From Oculina patagonica (Eukaryota): a stretch of 64,000 bases of DNA. The stretch's first letter is position 1. Each line of letters begins with the position of its first letter. The stretch covers positions 33,666,001 to 33,730,000 of the forward strand of contig NC_135763.1 in assembly GCF_052425735.1 (NCBI RefSeq). Direction: 5' to 3'. Of this stretch, positions 49,197 to 61,497 are shown one piece after another. Made by a program: the position numbers and the translations under genes. Under the pieces are notes generated by a model. That model saw nothing but the letters and a program-made list of their open reading frames with translations, did no database searches and had not been told where the DNA came from.

Positions 49197-50904
49197 GGGT
49201 GTCTCGAAAACTCAGACCTCGAAAACCCAGACCTCAGACCCGAAAAACTCAGACCCTTGAAAAACTCAGACCCAAAAAAACTCAGACCCTCTGGGTGTCT
49301 CGAAAACTCAGACCCAAAAAAACTCAGACCCTCTGGGTGTCTCGAAAACTCAGACCCAAAAAAACTCAGACCCTCTGGGTGTCTCGAAAACTCAGACCCA
49401 AAAAAACTCAGACCCTCTGGGTGTCTCGAAAACTCAGACCCCATAAAATAAAACAACTACAGCTGACAACGTGATTATCGCAGATTGCTACAACCGACTT
49501 GTCTGACTTGTTTACTGTTTGTCGATACAATCTGCCTGAATCTGCCGAGAAAAGAAAAACAGCTCGCAGTGGTTGATACTCAACTTTCGTATTGATTCCT
49601 TGTTGCTTTATAAGTTTATTCCAAGTTTATCCACAATGTGATTGTGGTAGGCCATATCCAAGATATAGTATATGTTTATTATAGTTCTTGTTAAAGCTGA
49701 TGCCGAACACGCGATCCACGTGATAAATCTGTAAAAGGATTCAGATTGCTGTGATTTAGTTAAGCAGCTCTGGCTTTTACCAGTCATCGATTATATAACC
49801 AATTGTTTTTTTATTACATTCCAAAAGAAACAGATGCAATGTTATTTGTTCAGATTTGTCCCAATATGGGAGCTTAAAATTTATATTTCAGTAAAAAATA
49901 CAGTTTACGGAAAGTCAACTGCTCATTGTAAGGAAAAGAGATGAACTCGTGGTTTAAAAACTTTATCCGCGAAGAGATACTTGTTTCATCGCCCGGGGAG
50001 GGGGGGGGGAGACTCCCATATGAGAGTGACGGGGATGCTCGTCGTCTCGCTTAGGGGTATAAATTTTGGACTTTGGGTCTCGCTTAGGGTGTTCAAGGGA
50101 AAATGTAAGAAAATGACAATATTTTTAGCCGTCAGGGTCTCGTTTAGGGTTGCACACGAAGAAATATACAAATATAGTTCTTTTTCTCAGAATTTTGGTA
50201 TCTTTTAGGGGTCTAAAATAGCTTGAGCCACGCCCAGATTGGTCTCTTTTAGGGGTTCTTTTCAAAATTTCCGACGAGCATCCCCGTCCCTTAAATATGG
50301 GAGTCCCCCCACGGGTTTCATCATAATTGACCACATGATTAATAACTTATGCCATATCCAGGAAAAAAGAAAATTTTTTTTTATTAAAGTGACAATTATA
50401 CCGTTGAAATATAGGACGCTTAATGACCCCATAAGGTTATTTCTGGTCGCGAATATCAGTTTCTGTAACGTGACGCTATATGTTTGTCCTGTTGCGAAAT
50501 CGTCACACAACGTACCTTCGCGCTAATTTGACTTGTATCATTCTCCGCAATGTGGATAGATTTGGCTTGCACTTTAATGACCACTGCGAGCTGTTTTTCT
50601 TTTCTCGGCAGATTGTATCGACGAACAGTAAACAAGTCAGACAAGTCGGTTGTAGCAATCTGCGATAATCACGTTGTCAGCTGTAGTTGTTTTATTTTAT
50701 GGGGTCTGAGTTTTCGAGACACCCAGAGGGTCTGAGTTTTTTTGGGTCTGAGTTTTCGAGACACCCAGAGAGTCTGAGTTTTTTTGGGTCTGAGTTTTCG
50801 AGACATCCAGAGGGTCTGAGTTTTTTTGGGTCTGAGTTTTTCAAGGGTCTGAGTTTTTCGGGTCTGAGGTCTGGGTTTTCGAGGTCTGAGTTTTCGAGAC
50901 ACCC
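49197..50904. mobile_element. MULE-like foldback element; ~370-bp TIRs built of 39-bp tandem units; nested MITE at ~49991-50276
   Basis: 9-bp TSD AGATTTATG at 49188-49196 and 50905-50913; ends GGGTGTCTCG...CGAGACACCC; a short relative lies at ~51599-51831. Confidence 0.88.
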
Positions 50905-52177
50905 AGATTTATGCGATCGAGTAGAAAGTATCTGATCGGTTAATCCCGTTCATTACGGGAACGCTCGATTAAGAAAGATTTGGTGTTTGAATTGGAGCTA
51001 ATATAGCGCTCCGGCAAAATGCAATGTTGAGTTTGACAGCAACGCACCACACGTGTCGTGAGTTGTTATTAAAACTGAGATCGAATCAATCGCTACGTAC
51101 AGCTATCTTTACAGACTTGCTGACTATTGTGCTGGTTCAAATGTTGTCCTTAATTTCTTTTTTTAGGTTATGCGACCACAAGGCAAAACTCAAGAATGAA
51201 GGTCCAATAGTCTGTAACAGTTCGAAGGCTTTTCTACCTGTTTTATTATCGCATTTGACTGTATTCGATCCACAATTCCCTAACCCACAAAAATAGGAAG
51301 AGAGGCAAGAACACTTTAAAAGTGTGAGGTTATGGTCAATGTATCGAAAGTGCAAGTTAAGATTTCTTACCTTTAGGTTTCTGTCTCCATAGTTTCCGAT
51401 TTATATTTTTCCTGTATTTTGCTTAACCTCAGGATTGCAGTTTTCTCGATCGCGAAGCTGTAGTGTGACCGAGTGTCTTGTGAAGGTTCACGGGAAAGCA
51501 GTAGTATACTAAGCAAAAATAACACAAGGGTCAGGAGGGTAGAAACAATCGCTTTTCCTCTCCAACCAAACGACTAAATACAACGGCATATTCAGGGTGG
51601 GTGTCTCGAAAGTTCAGACCTCCAGCACCGAAAAGCTCATACCCGGTCGTCATGATATCGCATTGATAAAAACGTACACAAGGCAGCTTGCCGCAATCAC
51701 ACAATATCACTATCATTTAGGTATTTATAGATTGAGTTTTTTCGGGTATGACTTTCCCTGGGAGTTTCGAGACACCCAGAGGGTCCGGTTTTTTAGGTCT
51801 GTGGTCTCAGGTCTTGGTTTTCGAGACACCCCCAACATAAGCAACATGCTGGCAAGAACCAGTGCAACCAGGGGAAATAATCCATACCTCGTGAGGAATC
51901 TTTACGTATCGCCGGATGGCAAGCCGTTTAATACTGCTAAAAGCCTGTCGATTTGAAAATCCTGATTCAAGCGTCTTTCAGTATTATCGACTTGCAAAAT
52001 TTATACGATTAATTTCGAAAATGTAAGGTTGAATCAAGAAGTTGTATTACTCCATAGTCTACTTCTATTAATATTCAGCTTGGCTTGGAGTGCACAAACA
52101 AAGGAAGCTGAACAGCATGCATTTCTTTTGTTTCTGCCGTCAACTCACTGTCAATCGAACGGAGCCCATTGGAAGTA

Positions 52178-55148
52178 ACAAACTATCCTGTTACTAGCCT
52201 CGTTTTCATTCGTTTGTGCAGCCAAGCGTGTTTTCCAAGAAAGCTGCAAACAGTTTCCGGGTATTTGTTAAAGAGAAGGACAATTGTTTCAACTTTTATA
52301 ATTTAACTGAGTGAAATCGGAAAAGTATAATTGTCTCTTGGCCGAAGAGCATTGCTTTATGCAGTTGGTATTTTCTGGGTTGAGAAGAAGCGCAGGACGA
52401 TTTCGTTTCGGTCGAGCAAGATAAATATTTCATAAGGTTACTAGCTCCGCCGACTAACGAGGTAATTGCAAATGATAATCTTTTAATATAGTTGTCCCAG
52501 GTTGAATTACGGCGTACTCGTTTTTGCAGCCTTTCTCACTTGGTTCGTAACTTCGTAGCCGTTATTCGATGCGACTGAGAATTTCATATTTCTTAGAACT
52601 GGTCAAACTGGATGGTTTATAGGATGACTGATTGGTTTAAAAAAACTCCTACCGCTTTCGGTAACCAATCATGATCGGGTGATGTTTCTAAAGTGATTTT
52701 CCCAACTGCCGGCGGCTACTAGATTTTCGCGCTCTTTAAAAATAACATGTTTAATAATAATATAACACGTTTTCTTCGAGGGAAGCCGACTTTTGCCGAC
52801 GTAGCACCGAAACTGTGCAAGTTCTTGGAAAACGTCGAGTATGCTGCTTGCTATAACTGTACGTCTGACTGGAGTTTATTGATGGCTAAGTTTGATAGAC
52901 TGCAAGGTAATGAAGACAACAAAGCACTCATGAGAAAGATCAAGTGGATTGACCTTTTTAGATTTGCGATCAAGTCGTTGCCCGATCTTGAAGATCATAA
53001 GTTGTCGACCTTACTAGATAAGTTCTCGATACGAATCAAAAAGGGTCAAAGCCTTCTTCATCTTTATCAGTCTTATTTTACGACAGGGGATCAAGAAGAC
53101 TTTCAAGTGCATTCGGTGTTCGAACAGGGAGAGAAAGTAAACTGGGACGAGGGACACCATGATGCTGTGTGTGATTCCCTCGCAGCGCATGCGCTCCTGA
53201 AGAAACTGCTGGAGAAACACAGTTATTCCAACATCACCGATCTTGTCAATCACTTCCCGCAGTGTATAATTGACACAGAATTGTTTCTCGCTTTGGAAGT
53301 GAAATTGAAAGAGAAGAAAACTACCAACAAAGATCTGACGCCTTTTGCTGCACGAGCAGAGAAATTTTATTGTACGATGCCCTCACTAAGAGGGAGGGCG
53401 CTCGAAAAACTGTCAGTGGAAACTATAGAAAAAGCACTGATGATGTGGGGGCAGGATGATGAGAGAGTTCGTCTTATATACAGAGCAGCCGTATTGAACA
53501 AGGTTAATAATTCACACAAACGTAGAGCCAATTCACTTTGCAGACTTTGCCCGAGTGTCAGTCCTAAAGAGCCAAAAACAAAATGAGATCTTGCTTTTGG
53601 ATACGACTATATCTTTCGAAAGTCAGACATTTCAGACATATTATGTCGTTCAATATATATATTACATGTATTATGGCATGGTAAAACCCAATAAAGGAGT
53701 ACTGAAACGTGTTTTAATTACCTGAAAAATATACACGTTTGTTTAATACACGATCAACTTAATGCAGGATAAACGTCAGTGAACTTTCATTTTAATTTTG
53801 GAACTTTTTAGTAGGGTTTTCTTTAAAAATTGTTTCTCAAGTTCAGTTATGTCCGTGACAAATTTCTAGCTCCACAAAAAATAAGCTGTGGACACCCATG
53901 TTTTGCAACTTAATCCGAGTCGTCCTTCGAAACTGGAAACGCATTTTGTCTTTTAGCATTGTAACACTTTCTTCAATCCTCCTTCCGTTTCCCGTTCAGC
54001 GGTCCAGTCCAAAGTTCCAAACTGTCTCGTTTGTCAAAATGGATTAAGCGATTTGTTAACCACCGATTTAAAACGAGAAATGGATAAATGTGATTCAAAA
54101 CGCGAGTCTTGACCATGTTTATTATCGAAGATTAAGCTTAACTGAATCTTTTCTCTGTATCCTGTTTCAAGGAACTTGATTTTCTAGGAAACGGTCATGA
54201 CCCGATTTGAGCTCAGCAATTTCCGTCAATAAAACAAAAGAAAGCTACAAAATATTGATACCGACGCTGTATTCCTAGGGCTTTTCCCTAAACAAGTTGA
54301 ATTGAAGGGAAAAGTCCAGTAATATAGGGGCAGTTTGTATTTTATGAGAACTTTTTCTTGGAGTTTGACTTTCTAGGATTCTGATTTTCTTGGAAATCTT
54401 CACCAACGGTTAGCTATAAATTTACATCATAAGGAGTGACATATATTTCAACTGGAGGAATCAATTTTCAGTCTTTTCTTTACACAACGCATATGGTCAG
54501 TTATTCTGGGAATTCTGACAGTTCAAAGGTCATGTTCAAGGAAAATCGTGACAATCTTTCTTCTAAGGAGGGGTGGGTAAGGCATGTGTCCTGGTACTTC
54601 GATAAAGTATACTGTCAGAAATGGAAAAATAGTTTAAAATAGTTTTTATTTTAAACGAAAGAAATTGAATAAGAAGGCTTATTCATTTCTTTTGTTTATA
54701 TTTTCTTTAACTTGAAGCCTGTTTGAAATCACAAACTATCCTGTTACGTACTAGCCTCGTTTTTATTCATTTGTGCAGTCAAGTGTGACTTTCCAAGAAA
54801 GCTGCAAACAGTTTCCGGGTATATTTCTTTAAAGAGAAGAACAATTGTTTCGACTTTTATAATTTAAATAGCGAAATCGGAAGAAGCATAGATTCTTGGC
54901 CGAAGGGAATTGCTTTATCCTGTTGGGATTTTCTGGATTGAGAAGAAACATTGAACGATTTCGTTTGGACGAAGGACGGTCGAGCAAGATAAATATTTCA
55001 TAAGGTTACTATATCCGCGGACTAACAAGGTAATTGCAAATCTTTATAATTGCCCCAGTTTGAATAACAATGTATTCTTATTCGCAAGCTTTTTCTCTTC
55101 GGTCGTAGCTGGTATTTGATGCGACTCAGTATTTCATATTTCTCAGAA
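52178..55148 (+). repeat. Pair of diverged ~420-bp direct repeats (52178-~52598 and 54731-~55148) bracketing the truncated exonuclease copy
   Basis: Both begin ACAAACTATCCTGTTAC..CTAGCCTCGTTTT and share TTCCAAGAAAGCTGCAAACAGTTTCCGGGTAT and GGTCGAGCAAGATAAATATTTCATAAGGTTACTA. Confidence 0.8.
52771..53586 (+). pseudogene. 5'-truncated duplicate of the DEDDh exonuclease (lacks ExoI)
   Basis: Near-identical to 32543-33358; homology begins at FLRGKPTF; DVETTG is absent; CTFD is changed to CTSD. The duplicated block runs to 54654 (= 34417). An in-frame ATG at 52747 keeps a 279-aa frame open. Confidence 0.8.
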
Positions 55149-56857
55149 ATAGATTAATCGAGTGGTTAATTGGTCAACTGATATTATTGTGTATAAAATC
55201 CTAAATAGACAACTGGTCTGGTTGAAAACATTTAGCTCGATTGCCAGTGGTTTCATCGGCCATGACAAACTATTTATTAGGGGTGAATGAAAATGTTTGT
55301 TTTTAAAAACCTAGAACCTATAGACAAAGGGCTTTCTAGAATATCTATAGGCTGTTTGAGACATTGTTTTGAGGTCAAGAACATTTTGCTCACTTTGAGA
55401 TCCGCATTTTGTTTGAGATTGGCATTTTGGCAACAATAATAACTTGTAAAAGGGTGTTTTACAGGTGCGCAAACTTCGATTCGTATCAGGCACCCAGTTG
55501 TAATAAACCAAAAGAAGGCTAAAAACATTGAGGGAAACCTCGCAGGCAGGCGATCATTCAGTTAGAAGGATCGAGTAGATTTAAAGCAGGTTTCGTTTCA
55601 TATTTCCTTCTTTATACATGGTAATATTAGAGAGATTAAGCATGGCGTTATACGGCAAACGGCAAACGCGAGCTTGCCTTTCATTTTGTTACCATTTTAT
55701 GGAATTCTAAAATTAATCCCTCATAAAAATAGGGGAAAAATCCCACATTCACGACAACCACAAAACTACTCATTTCAGCTTACGAACGCCAAACGGCAGA
55801 TGGCAGAAGTTGAATTTTTGCCGTTTGCGGGAAAAATAAACGTCATGCTTAAGTCGATCGTCTTCCGGTTACGATCGGAAATCACTTTTCTTAGCGATTC
55901 GAATGCACGGCCGGTGAAATATCATTTCTCTATAGACTCTTCTTTATATGAGACGAAAAAAAAAAGGTTAACCAAATTAAAGTCATTAAATATTTTTGGA
56001 ACAGTGTGTTATCCGCATATTTGCAATGGATCAGTGATTTTCAAAGCCGATACAACTACACACCCTATTCCTAAAATATCAAATGATTCCGTCCATGAGT
56101 ACAACAGGGGAATTTTCCCACACCTACACACGGTTGTTTAAAAGAACTCGATGGACAGCGCCTGCATATAGTAGCAAAGACTTGCTGTTAGTGTAACGTA
56201 TCATATCGTTGAAACCAACGAACGACCGAGCGAGTAATTTAAATCACGTGACGACAGCCGAGTAAGTAAAACTTTTCATTGATTCCACGGAGCTTAAAAC
56301 TTTTCATTTCGAAGAAATAGAAATGTCTGAAAGCTAACAAATAGTTAACGAAAAGATTCGGCGTTTAGCATAATATAGCTGGACAACTTTCTCTAGTTGA
56401 ATTTTGTGCATGTGGCGTACAGTAAAAACCCACGAGTAAGGACCTAATTTTTCCATGTTAGCCTAAACAGGTTCCGCCTTATTTTCGACTGTCACCCGTC
56501 CTCTGATTACTGTTTCCATTAGCTTGTAAATCGGCCAAGACCTCTTAAAGCACAGTCACCTAAGTTTCCGTTTGCACACTCCTTGCAGTAACATTGAGTT
56601 AGGCCTTTGTGTATTTCCAGTAATTCCTTACTGTTTGACGGCTGATCCAAAATAACACTGACAAAATCGCGAATTTTAATACACTTTTGCTTTAATGTTT
56701 TTTGCAATCGCGAAAATTAACACTCGCAAAATTCGGCTCCCGAATTTTTGCGAAAGTAAGTACGTGCGAAAATTAGGAAGAATAAGGTAGATCATTCTTA
56801 TGTTTTATTTGTTTGTTTGCTTGTTTGTTTTGATTACTGCAGAAGAGTTTGAAGATC

Positions 56858-59800
56858 ATGTCAGGCGTAGTAGAAACACCTGTTGCAAAATATGGCCGAA
56901 GTAGCGAGTTTGGAGTCGTGTTGGATTTCATTCAAACAATGATAAGCAATGACACTCTACGACAAGAATTCAACATTCCGCATTTGGTCATGGTCGGTCG
57001 TCAAAACATGGCGAAGACAACGCTAATAAACCGACTGATTGGTCGATATCTTCTCCCAATGCGACGAAATGAAACTGCCAACACCCTTCAAGCACGCACT
57101 ACTTATCCCATAATACTCAATCTACGGAACGGCCCAAAGAGCATGGTGGAAGTGAAATGCGATAAAAGGCGGGATATAGGGGGAACTGTGGAAAATCCCA
57201 CGGATGAAGTAGTGGAGGATTTTCTCAACAAAGTTACTGGCCATCTTCCCAAGGAGGAGGGAACTCCGATATCAAAAACCCCTGTTAATGTTACTCTGCA
57301 AGGTGAGGTGTTATGTATAACGGCTAGGTGTTAAGATAAATTGCAAGATTTCTGTAGCATGAATTTGCTAGCACTACTACTCCACTGGATGGGATTCTAG
57401 TAGTCCATTGTAGGTTACCCTCTAACGTTTTTAAATGCCTTTAAGTTGCCCTAAGAAGTCTAAGGATTCGCCATTGCCCATTTATGCACCTGGGCGGAGA
57501 GAGGCACTGTGAAAGTAAAGTGTCTTGCTAAAAAAAAACACATACAAAACACATACAACATAGACAAAAACCTTGGCCAACGCTCCAACCCAGATCTGTG
57601 CCACCACACCTCAAAGTCACGGCGTTTTATGCCGCAAAATCGTGAACTGTAAATGCAAGAAACGTTATGAAACAAAAACCTCTCAAACCCCAGTTCCTAT
57701 TTTAAAGATCGAAGCACGACACAAGCTTCTAAACTCATTCAATAAGTCAAGTTTTAAGGTGGCTAAACACAAAGCTAAGGTACATGTTTCAGGGACATAC
57801 AGCAGGGATAAAGTCACTCGTGTACACACAAGAAAATGCAACAGGGACATGTTGCGGATGGTGCCAATGGGATGAGTCGCTGCAACACCTCCCTGCTACG
57901 TCCCTGCTACATTTTCTTGTGTACACGTTATTTTGTTATTTTCTTGTTGTACACGTTATTTTATCCCTGCTGCATGTTTCTTCGTGTGTCGGCGCTTTAA
58001 TGTTCAACAGGGAGCTTTGTTTCTCTTTTTCTCCAGGCCCCGAACTTACGACCCTCACCTTGGTCGACCTTCCCGGCGCTCACTTCGCCAATGACGACCA
58101 GCGAATGAACCACGTGACCCAAAGTTTGGTGCTGGAGTACATCGAGAAAAACACAAACAGCATCATCGTGATTGTGTCCGAGGTAGGGGACCCCACAGGT
58201 GACAGTGCAATTAACCTTGTCATGCAAAAGGCCAGAGATTTTAAGAGCCGTACTATTTGCGCGCTGACCAAACCAGACAAGTTGAGAGAAAGTGATGACA
58301 TGGGCTATAGAGTTGCAATGAATCAGTCCAGCTTTACTCTGGAGGATAACCGCTTTATTTTGCTTCGAGGTAAGACGTTTAGTTTAAATCCGTACTTGAA
58401 ACAAAGAATTTTCGATCAATACTTTGGGAAATCGCTTTGGATTGTTGTTGTCGTTCCTAACTAGCTAAGCAAATTGCTTGTGCAACTAATTAAAAGATCC
58501 CGAAAACGAACAAAATTGTGGTAGAAACATTACATTCCTAGCGAATAAACGGGCGAACATTTGTTGCGAATGCAAAATTTCAATTTTTGCAAAAAATTTA
58601 GACATAGTTGTTGCTTCTCGGAAGCAAAAAACGCGTCTGTGATAAATGTTGCGTGTTTAATTTGTGCATTTGCGCTTTTCCCATCTCGGGGGACGTAAAA
58701 ACCGAAGAAATCACAGTGAAAATCACAAACAAACCAATCAAAACTCGATGAAAATTCAGGAAAGGCATTGGAAGGAAAGCACGGGAAACAAGGCACCTTG
58801 GTAAACGATACTGCACTTGATTGGTGGAAAATTCGACTTCCTTGATTCCGACAAGCCCTCCGGCCGTCCCTTGTGAGAACATTGTAAGACGCAAGGGATG
58901 ATGGGAAGAATGATGCTGCCTTCCCATCATTCCCATCTGTTCNNNNNNNNNNNNNNNNNNNNNNNNNNNNNNNNNNNNNNNNNNNNNNNNNNNNNNNNNN
59001 NNNNNNNNNNNNNNNNNNNNNNNNNNNNNNNNNNNNNNNNNNNNNNNNNNNNNNNNNNNNNNNNNNNNNNNNNNNNNNNNNNNNNNNNNNNNNNNNNNNN
59101 NNNNNNNNNNNNNNNNNNNNNNNNNNNNNNNNNNNNNNNNNNNNNNNNNNNNNNNNNNNNNNNNNNNNNNNNNNNNNNNNNNNNNNNNNNNNNNNNNNNN
59201 NNNNNNNNNNNNNNNNNNNNNNNNNNNNNNNNNNNNNNNNNNNNNNNNNNNNNNNNNNNNNNNNNNNNNNNNNNNNNNNNNNNNNNNNNNNNNNNNNNNN
59301 NNNNNNNNNNNNNNNNNNNNNNNNNNNNNNNNNNNNNNNNNNNNNNNNNNNNNNNNNNNNNNNNNNNNNNNNNNNNNNNNNNNNNNNNNNNNNNNNNNNN
59401 NNNNNNNNNNNNNNNNNNNNNNNNNNNNNNNNNNNNNNNNNNCCTTGCGCAATATTCTTTTCGTGTCCCACAGATGGTAGGTGGGAAGGTTGGTAGGTGC
59501 GAAGGTACCTGGTAGGTAGGAAGGTAGGTAGGTAGGTAGGTAGGTAGGTAGGTAGGTACGTCGGGTGGGTAGGTAAGTAGGTCCTAAGTACAGTGTAAGG
59601 TCAGGTGGGAAGGTAGGTAGGTAGGTAGGTAGGTAAGTAGGTAGGTAGGTAGGTCCGGTGGGAAGGTAGGTATGTGGGTAGGTAGGTAGGTACGTCGGGT
59701 GGGTAGGTAAGTAGGTCCTAAGTACAGTGTAAGGTCAGGTGGGAAGGTAGGTAGGTAGGTAGGTAGGTAGGTAGGTAGGTCCGGTGGGAAGGTAGGTAGG

Positions 59801-61442
59801 TAGGTAGGTAGGTAGGTAAGTAAGTAGGTAGGTAGGTCAGGTGGGAAGGTAGGTACGTACCCGGATCTTTCGATTCGATGTCCAAAATGCGCCACTAAAA
59901 TACTTCGACAGCTTCTCTTGTGATTTCACAAGTTAGTACTGACAAAAATGAATGCTCTTTTATCCAATCGCTGCAGGTAGATGAAGAGCTAAAAGGACTT
60001 GAGGATAGCGAGGTACCAGAGTCGGATGAGGGAAAGGGGGCAGTGGCCATGAAACTTAAGCAATACCTCATCGGAGATCTGAAGGACCTTCTTTTTAACA
60101 ACACGTCGGATAACGAAGGAGGCGAAAAAGTGAGAGGGCTGTTTAATTCATTTTACGAGGATGTATTCAAGGTGAGAGAACGCGAAATAAGTGTTGTTAA
60201 ATGATGAAATTCTTCCATTTTAAGGCGTTGTTTTGAGTTTGCGCAAATTTTGAAACGTGTAGCTTTCGTATTCTGGTCTTTATTATCGACGAAAAAAGGC
60301 ACGATAAACGTGCACTGTCACGTTGAAGAACTGTTTGAACACAAAATCAAACTTTAAAACAAAAACTGCTCAAACTCGCACGTGCGATACCCTAGCGAAA
60401 ATATCACATGATTTAACAAATAGTCTACAAATCCGGATGTAACGAACCGAATGTAACGCAACCGGGTGTGACAAAATTTACAAAATCCCACTGTACACTT
60501 ATATTGAAACGACCAGCAAAGTGGAACTCACCCCGCTATACTAAAAGTGTTGCAATTGGGACACCCAAGGGAATAGTGCCAAGTGATAAATCCTCTTGGG
60601 CTTTAAATTCATTCAACTCTGTTCAATTTTCCGAGCCCCCTTCCGCCCCTCCCCCATCCCCCCCCCAAAAAAAACAATGTTAAAATATTGTCGCACAGTT
60701 GGATGGATAGAAATCAGCATTGTATTGCGAATGGGAAGGGGGAGGTTAATGCAATGCCATTTTTGTCGAATCGGTTAGGTGTCCCAAGCCTTTTGTCGAG
60801 GATTGTAGTTTAAATACCAGTACTATATTTATCTTTCTCTCTTTGTATTTGACAGTACATTTCAGGAGAGAGTTAGTATATCCCGCCAAAGAGTGCAATA
60901 CAAAGGCCCCAGCCAGGCCAGGGTGTTGGGTGGGATCGGACACCTCGATTTGCAACCTCGTTCCCAGGGTCTCTCTCTCCCCGCCCCTCTTCTCTCGCTC
61001 TGGGGGGCGGGGAGAGAGAGACCCTGGGAACGAGGTTGCTCGATTCGAGGTCTGATGCACTAACAATTAGGCACTGTGCCTTTCTAGAAGAAGTTGTTAT
61101 TATGATAGATAATGTCTGTCATGCCTAGGTGGATCCTCTAGCCATGCGTAATGACGATGATATCAGGAGGCGGCAGAAGAAGTTGGAGGGTGCGACTGCC
61201 CCGCTTGGAGAGAGCAGTGAGAACAGCCAGCTGCTGCAGAAACTGCTGTACGAGAAATACATAGGTACAAATCCTTTATAACTACTCTTCAGATTTCTCC
61301 AAAAGGAATGTTTGCATTTGAAACATGTAATGTGTATGTTGTAGTTCAATTTAAGTCTTGGTTATCTCGTTTTTTACTTTGTTTTATATTCGATTTATTA
61401 TCATAGAGATGGCAACCTCATCCCGCGCCTTGACTGTAATAA

Positions 61443-61497
<55 letters not shown>

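Noticed and set aside
49197-49445. CRISPR-like 39-bp repeats and repetitive ORFs (also 50700-50904)
   Set aside because: No unique spacers; they are tandem units inside the TIRs of a 9-bp-TSD transposon in eukaryotic DNA.
58370-59976. GTPase copy B as a pseudogene missing exon 3
   Set aside because: A 500-N gap lies where the exon is expected, and the sequence after the gap matches the intron downstream of exon 3 in copy A.
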